A stretch of DNA of 64,000 nt, from positions 1-64,000 of the forward strand of contig JBKAGE010000037.1 in assembly GCA_046290225.1 (NCBI GenBank). The letters run 5' to 3'. A program made the translations under genes and the position numbers. The stretch comes from Bradymonadia bacterium. GTDB lineage: Bacteria > Myxococcota_A > Bradymonadia > UBA7976 > UBA1532. A model generated the notes under the pieces. It searched no databases. It was not told the DNA's origin and worked only from the letters and a program-made list of their open reading frames with translations. Shown here piece by piece: positions 59,469 through 64,000 of the stretch (position 1 is the stretch's first letter; each line of letters begins with the position of its first letter).

Positions 59469-59485
59469 CTGGCACTCTCTTTGCG
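59469..59485 (+). promoter_or_regulatory. sigma54 -24/-12 promoter of pbpC
   Basis: CTGGCACTCTCTTTGCG, 44 bp upstream of the start codon. Confidence 0.7.
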
Positions 59486-59528
59486 ATGACCCTCCACGAC
59501 TACACTCCATCGTGCAGAGGGCCCACCC

Positions 59529-61988
59529 ATGATCATCGCAGTGAACCCCAAGCTGAAACGCATCACCCGCACGCTCGGCAAGCTCACCCTCTGGACCCTG
59601 GCGCTGCTCATGATCGTCTGGGGTGGCCTCGAAATCACCGTAAGACTCTTCCCCTACGATCGCGCCGCCCTCAACCCCGGGTTCCCTGAGTCATTGCGCA
59701 TCCGAGATCGACACGGCCAGCTGCTGCGCGAGGCCGTGAACGCCGACGGGCACCGAGCGCGCTGGACCCCGCTCAACGAGATCTCACCGTTGGCGATCCA
59801 GGCCACCATCGCCGTCGAGGATCATCGCTTTTACGCACATGACGGCGTCGACCCCTCTGCCGTGATCCGCGCCATCAAACAGAACGTGAGCGAGGGCCGT
59901 ATCGTCTCCGGGGCCAGCACCCTCACCATGCAGCTCGCCCGCCTCGTGAAGCCCCACCCGCGCAGCTTCTGGAACAAGATGGTCGAGGCGTTTCACGCCC
60001 GACGCATCGAGCAGACCCTCGGCAAAGACGAGATCTTGGAGCAGTACCTCAACCGGGCGCCGTACGGCTCGGGGGCCATCGGCATCGAGGCCGCCAGCCT
60101 GCGCTACTTCGGCAAGCCCAGCATGCACCTGAGCCTCGCCGAGGCCGCCCTCGTCGCCGGGCTGCCCCAGGGGCCCGGCTATCTGAACCCCCTCAGGCAC
60201 CCCGAGCGGGCCAAGAATCGTCAGCTCACAGTGCTTCGGCGCATGCTCGAAGAAGGCCTCGTCTCCCAGCAGAGTCACGATCGCGCCCTGAACACGCCCT
60301 TACGCTATGTGCAGGCTCCCACCCAGCCCATGGCGCTGCACTTCACCGACGCGGTCATCGAGCAACATCGGGCTTTGATGCGTGACGGCGGCGACTTCGA
60401 CACCACCCTCGATCTCGCGCTGCAGCGCGATGTCGAGGCCATGGTGCGCGATCATGTGGCTCACCTGAAGGATCGCGGCCTCACCAACGCCGCCGTGGTG
60501 GTGCTCGACAACGATCAATGCGAGGTGCTCGCCATGGTGGGCAGCGCCGACTACTGGGGCAGCGACGACGGCGCGGTGAACGGGGCCATGGCGCTGAGGC
60601 AGCCTGGGAGCACGCTCAAGCCCTTCACCTATGCTCTGGCCTTCGAGCAGGGATACAGCCCTGCCTCCATCGTGCCCGACGTGGAGACCTGGTACGAAGA
60701 CCCCACAGGGCAGCGCTACAGCCCGCAGAACTATCACAAGACCTATCTGGGTCCGGTGATGATGGGCGAGGCCCTCGCCCGCAGCCTCAACGTCACCGCC
60801 ATCCGCACGGCCCAGCTCGTGGGGGCAGAGCGACTGCTCGATCGTTTGAAGGCCGCGGGCTTCGACAGCCTGAACGAGAGCATCGATCACTACGGCCTGG
60901 GCATTACCCTCGGCAACGGCGAGGTCACCTTGCTGGAGCTCGCCCGAGCGTATGCCATGTTCCCCCGGGGCGGCCACGCCTGCACCCCGAGGATGCTCAA
61001 GCATGCCGCCGGCGGCGAAGCCACCCAGCAGGTCTTCGATCCGGTGGTCTCGGCCTTGATCACCGACGTGCTCGCCGACGAGCGGCTTCGGGCCCTGGCC
61101 TTCGGCACCAACAACGCGCTGATGCTCGGGTTCCCTGTGGCGGTGAAGACCGGCACCACGGAGAACTGGCGCGACAGCTGGGCTGTGGGCTTCACGGGGC
61201 AATACACCGTGGCGGTCTGGGGCGGCGACTTCGAGAACCGACCGATGCACAGCCTCGCGGGCATGGCCGGGGCGGGGCCGCTGTTCCACCGCGTGATGAA
61301 GCGGGTCGCCGGCTCTACTGGGGAGCGGGGCCTGCCTCTGGGCCGCTTTGCAGGTCCTGGTAGCCGTAAGCAGAACGGTGACGATCCCCAACAGCGGGTG
61401 GCCGACACGCTGCGGGAGGTCGTCATCTGCCCCACCTCGGGCAAGGCCCCCACGGCCCATTGCCCCGGCACGCGGCTGGTGCGGACTCAGGTGAGGCCCG
61501 GCACCCCGAGCGCCGAGGTCCTCGAAGCGGATGACTGGATGCAGCCTGTGGCCCTCGATGCCCGTAACGGACTGCGCGCTGGACCCCACTGCCCCAAGCG
61601 CTTCGTAAAGCACACAGCCTTCGCCCACCTGCCTGCGGAGTACGCCGAATGGCAAGTGACCTCGCAAGACCTGCCCCCAGCGCCAGTGCAGTATTCGCCG
61701 CTCTGCCCTGCTGAGGGGCCCATCCCCGATGCGCTGGTGATCACGCACCCCGCCCCTGGCGATGTCTTCGTGGTGGATCCGGGCATGGCCGGCGAAGCTC
61801 AACGCATCGCCCTCAAGGGCATGGTGGATCCGCCTTCTCCTTCGGTGGAGTGGCGCCTCGATGGCCGCAAGGTGGCGAAGTCAGAGTGGCCCTACACTGC
61901 GGAGTGGGCGCTGGCTCGGGGTGAGCACACGCTCGAATTGGTGGGGTCTGGAGGGAAGAGCGATCCAGTGGTGTTCGAGGTGAGGTGA
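59529..61988 (+). CDS. pbpC: Penicillin-binding protein 1C
   Basis: Transglycosylase motifs EDHRF and GASTLTMQLAR; transpeptidase motifs STLK, SLN, KTG; C-terminal beta domain; adjacent to the A2M gene. Confidence 0.93.
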   Translation: MIIAVNPKLKRITRTLGKLTLWTLALLMIVWGGLEITVRLFPYDRAALNPGFPESLRIRDRHGQLLREAVNADGHRARWTPLNEISPLAIQATIAVEDHRFYAHDGVDPSAVIRAIKQNVSEGRIVSGASTLTMQLARLVKPHPRSFWNKMVEAFHARRIEQTLGKDEILEQYLNRAPYGSGAIGIEAASLRYFGKPSMHLSLAEAALVAGLPQGPGYLNPLRHPERAKNRQLTVLRRMLEEGLVSQQSHDRALNTPLRYVQAPTQPMALHFTDAVIEQHRALMRDGGDFDTTLDLALQRDVEAMVRDHVAHLKDRGLTNAAVVVLDNDQCEVLAMVGSADYWGSDDGAVNGAMALRQPGSTLKPFTYALAFEQGYSPASIVPDVETWYEDPTGQRYSPQNYHKTYLGPVMMGEALARSLNVTAIRTAQLVGAERLLDRLKAAGFDSLNESIDHYGLGITLGNGEVTLLELARAYAMFPRGGHACTPRMLKHAAGGEATQQVFDPVVSALITDVLADERLRALAFGTNNALMLGFPVAVKTGTTENWRDSWAVGFTGQYTVAVWGGDFENRPMHSLAGMAGAGPLFHRVMKRVAGSTGERGLPLGRFAGPGSRKQNGDDPQQRVADTLREVVICPTSGKAPTAHCPGTRLVRTQVRPGTPSAEVLEADDWMQPVALDARNGLRAGPHCPKRFVKHTAFAHLPAEYAEWQVTSQDLPPAPVQYSPLCPAEGPIPDALVITHPAPGDVFVVDPGMAGEAQRIALKGMVDPPSPSVEWRLDGRKVAKSEWPYTAEWALARGEHTLELVGSGGKSDPVVFEVR

Positions 61989-61992
61989 CGCC

Positions 61993-63738
61993 TCACTTCC
62001 ACAACATCTTCGGCGTGCGGCCTTCAGTGACCAGCGCGATGGCCTCCTTCGCCTGTTGCACCACCACCCGCTCCCGCGAAGCCGACGTCAGCCAGTGCAT
62101 CACCCCACGGATCGGCCAGGGGCTCTTCAAACGGCGGGCGAGGCGGCAGGCGGCGATGGGCGTCTTCACGTGGTGGGCCAGGAAGATGGCTCGGGCTACA
62201 TGATCCCCCATGATCGTGTGGTGGATGATCTGCTGCTCGATCACGTCGATCTGCCCGTTGGCCATCAGCGCCTCCGCCGAGGCCAGCACCCCCTCTCGAT
62301 CACCACCCTTCAGTGACGCCCAGAGCAACTCCGCGTCCCCAGCAGGCGTAGGGGGCTGCCACTCTGGCGCATCTGAAGCGCGACCGCCCACCACGAAGCG
62401 GGCGGCGAGGCACACGAGGCGTAGCGCCGCTCGTCGATCTCCCACGTGGGGCAGCGCCACCAGCAACGCCTCGGCGTGGGTGAGCAGGTGAGTGGCGAAG
62501 AGCCAAGTATCTTGCACGTCGAGGCGGCGATCGATCTCAGGATCAAAGCGCGCCAGACGGCGGCTCGCCGCCAGGGCCACCGCCTCGGCGCACGTCACCA
62601 GCGAGGCTCCGTCCACGACCGCGTCGAGGATCACGTCAACAGCCCCTGAGGTCGGCGCCTCCAGCAGACGCTCGGCGAGCTGCCCCCGGGCGATGGGATC
62701 CCCCTCACCCTCGAGGCCTTCCACATGGGGCAGCACAGCCTCCAAGCGCTCGGCCATGCGCGCGTTGAAGCTGCGCCAGGCAGGCAGCGTATCTTCCCGG
62801 GTGCCGTTCACGAGGCTCGTGAGCACCCCGGGCAAGATCTCGGAGGCCAGCGGCCAGCCCACGGACTCGAGCAGTTCAAACGCCTTCACCACATAGATGA
62901 GCCCGTGGCCGAAGCTGAGCAGGTGAGCGGCGTTCACCCGAATCAACCAGGGCATCACTTCTTCCACCGAGGCCCCGGTGTCGAGCATGCCCCGCAACAG
63001 CCCTTCCGCTCGGGGCAAGTCTTCCTTCTCTACCGACTCGAGCAGCGCCTCACCCCAACCTTCGTCTACGGCGAGGGCGGGATACATCGGTCGTCGTGGA
63101 CGGCGGACCAGGAACAGCGCGTTCATCTCCAGGGCCTGGGTCAACGCCACCACTCGGGCCTCGAGCGGGTCCACACGGCCATCGGCGATCAGCAGCTCGA
63201 TCACCCGGAATGTATCGGCAGCCACTGGCAGGCCATGATCATTCCCATACTGGCCGCGCTGGCAGTCTTCCGCGGCGGCGTACGCCAGAATCTCAGCGCT
63301 CATCTCGTGATCGTCGCCGGTCTGGAGCAGGCGCACCACATCCCGCGCGAGCTGCCCTGGTCGGCGCTCGTACAGCGCCCCAGCGAGGCTCTCGAAGATG
63401 GCCGGGCGCAACGTCGCCGGATCCGGCTCGGTGAGGTCAACCTCGATCACGCCCTCTCGACGACGCACCGGCCAGGACTTCACCGCCTCCTCTCCTTTGA
63501 GGCAGGCGCCGTCACGCAGGTCGAACTTGAAGTTGTGCCAGCTGCAGGTGAGCGTGCAACCGTCCAGTACCCCCTGGGCCAGAGGGTAGCCCTCGTGAGG
63601 GCAGCGGTTGTCCACGGCGAAGATCTCACCGTCGTCGAGGTGGAACACGGCGATTTGATGGTGAGCGTGCTTGAAGACTTTGCGGCTCCCCCGAGGCAGC
63701 TCGTCTTCAGTGAAGGTACGGGTCCAGTGCGTGCTCAT
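61993..63738 (-). CDS. Rieske [2Fe-2S] domain fused to a large helical domain of unknown function
   Basis: GAGGAG RBS; NRCPHEG..TCSWH; helical C-terminal region with spaced His motifs. Confidence 0.85.
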   Translation of the reverse strand: MSTHWTRTFTEDELPRGSRKVFKHAHHQIAVFHLDDGEIFAVDNRCPHEGYPLAQGVLDGCTLTCSWHNFKFDLRDGACLKGEEAVKSWPVRRREGVIEVDLTEPDPATLRPAIFESLAGALYERRPGQLARDVVRLLQTGDDHEMSAEILAYAAAEDCQRGQYGNDHGLPVAADTFRVIELLIADGRVDPLEARVVALTQALEMNALFLVRRPRRPMYPALAVDEGWGEALLESVEKEDLPRAEGLLRGMLDTGASVEEVMPWLIRVNAAHLLSFGHGLIYVVKAFELLESVGWPLASEILPGVLTSLVNGTREDTLPAWRSFNARMAERLEAVLPHVEGLEGEGDPIARGQLAERLLEAPTSGAVDVILDAVVDGASLVTCAEAVALAASRRLARFDPEIDRRLDVQDTWLFATHLLTHAEALLVALPHVGDRRAALRLVCLAARFVVGGRASDAPEWQPPTPAGDAELLWASLKGGDREGVLASAEALMANGQIDVIEQQIIHHTIMGDHVARAIFLAHHVKTPIAACRLARRLKSPWPIRGVMHWLTSASRERVVVQQAKEAIALVTEGRTPKMLWK

Positions 63739-63879
63739 CACACACTCCTCGATAAATCCACATATCGAGAAGTTTGAGTCAGCACACCTGCTCTGGGTTT
63801 CCTCGGCAACGCACAAATCTGATGCCGGAAGTTCAACAAGCTGTGTGGTTGCGGTGGAGCGCTGGTCGCAGTTCCGCAC

Positions 63880-63999
63880 TCAGGGGCAGGGCTCGAAGGT
63901 CTCGACCGGCCGTGCGGGGCGGCCGTTGACCGAGACCAGCACCACGCCGGTCTCGGGGGTCTCGGCGGTGAAGGTCATGGTGGTCTCCAAGCGGCCGAG
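63880..63999 (-). CDS. 3' end of a gene running in from beyond the window (partial)
   Basis: Open frame LGRLETTMTFTAETPETGVVLVSVNGRPARPVETFEPCP* with GC-rich third codon positions. Confidence 0.5.
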   Translation of the reverse strand, partial: LGRLETTMTFTAETPETGVVLVSVNGRPARPVETFEPCP

Positions 64000-64000
64000 G

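Overview
GC-rich chromosomal window from a Myxococcota-like bacterium, inferred from a MYXO-CTERM sorting signal, two Hanks-type Ser/Thr kinases, PEGA proteins, many Cys-rich lipoproteins and seven sigma54 -24/-12 promoter matches. The core is a complete respiratory operon on the minus strand (19341->6054): alternative complex III actA-B-C-D-E-F-G, sco, and an A2-type caa3 cytochrome c oxidase (subunits II+c, I, III, IV). The rest is mostly envelope and secreted proteins, aat, a CobB-type sirtuin, a PfkB kinase, an aldo/keto reductase, an ArsR-rhodanese, an alpha-2-macroglobulin/pbpC pair and a Rieske protein. Best leads: (1) a response regulator directly upstream of actA whose receiver and HTH look like RegA/PrrA but which carries a sigma54 AAA+ domain, with two RegR-type boxes at enhancer distance from a sigma54 promoter of the operon; (2) a candidate ~215-nt sigma54-driven structured RNA at ~29528->29315 with an IHF site, an array of nine TGGCAC(A) motifs and a strand-specific terminator; (3) a ~305-bp foldback element with (CGGGCA)5 arms between the A2M gene and pbpC; (4) an SGNH pseudo-hydrolase. 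No rRNA, tRNA, CRISPR array, transposase or phage gene was recognised. All calls come from reading motifs by eye; no database searches were run. Start codons were adjusted from the ORF track where an RBS or gene overlap suggested it.
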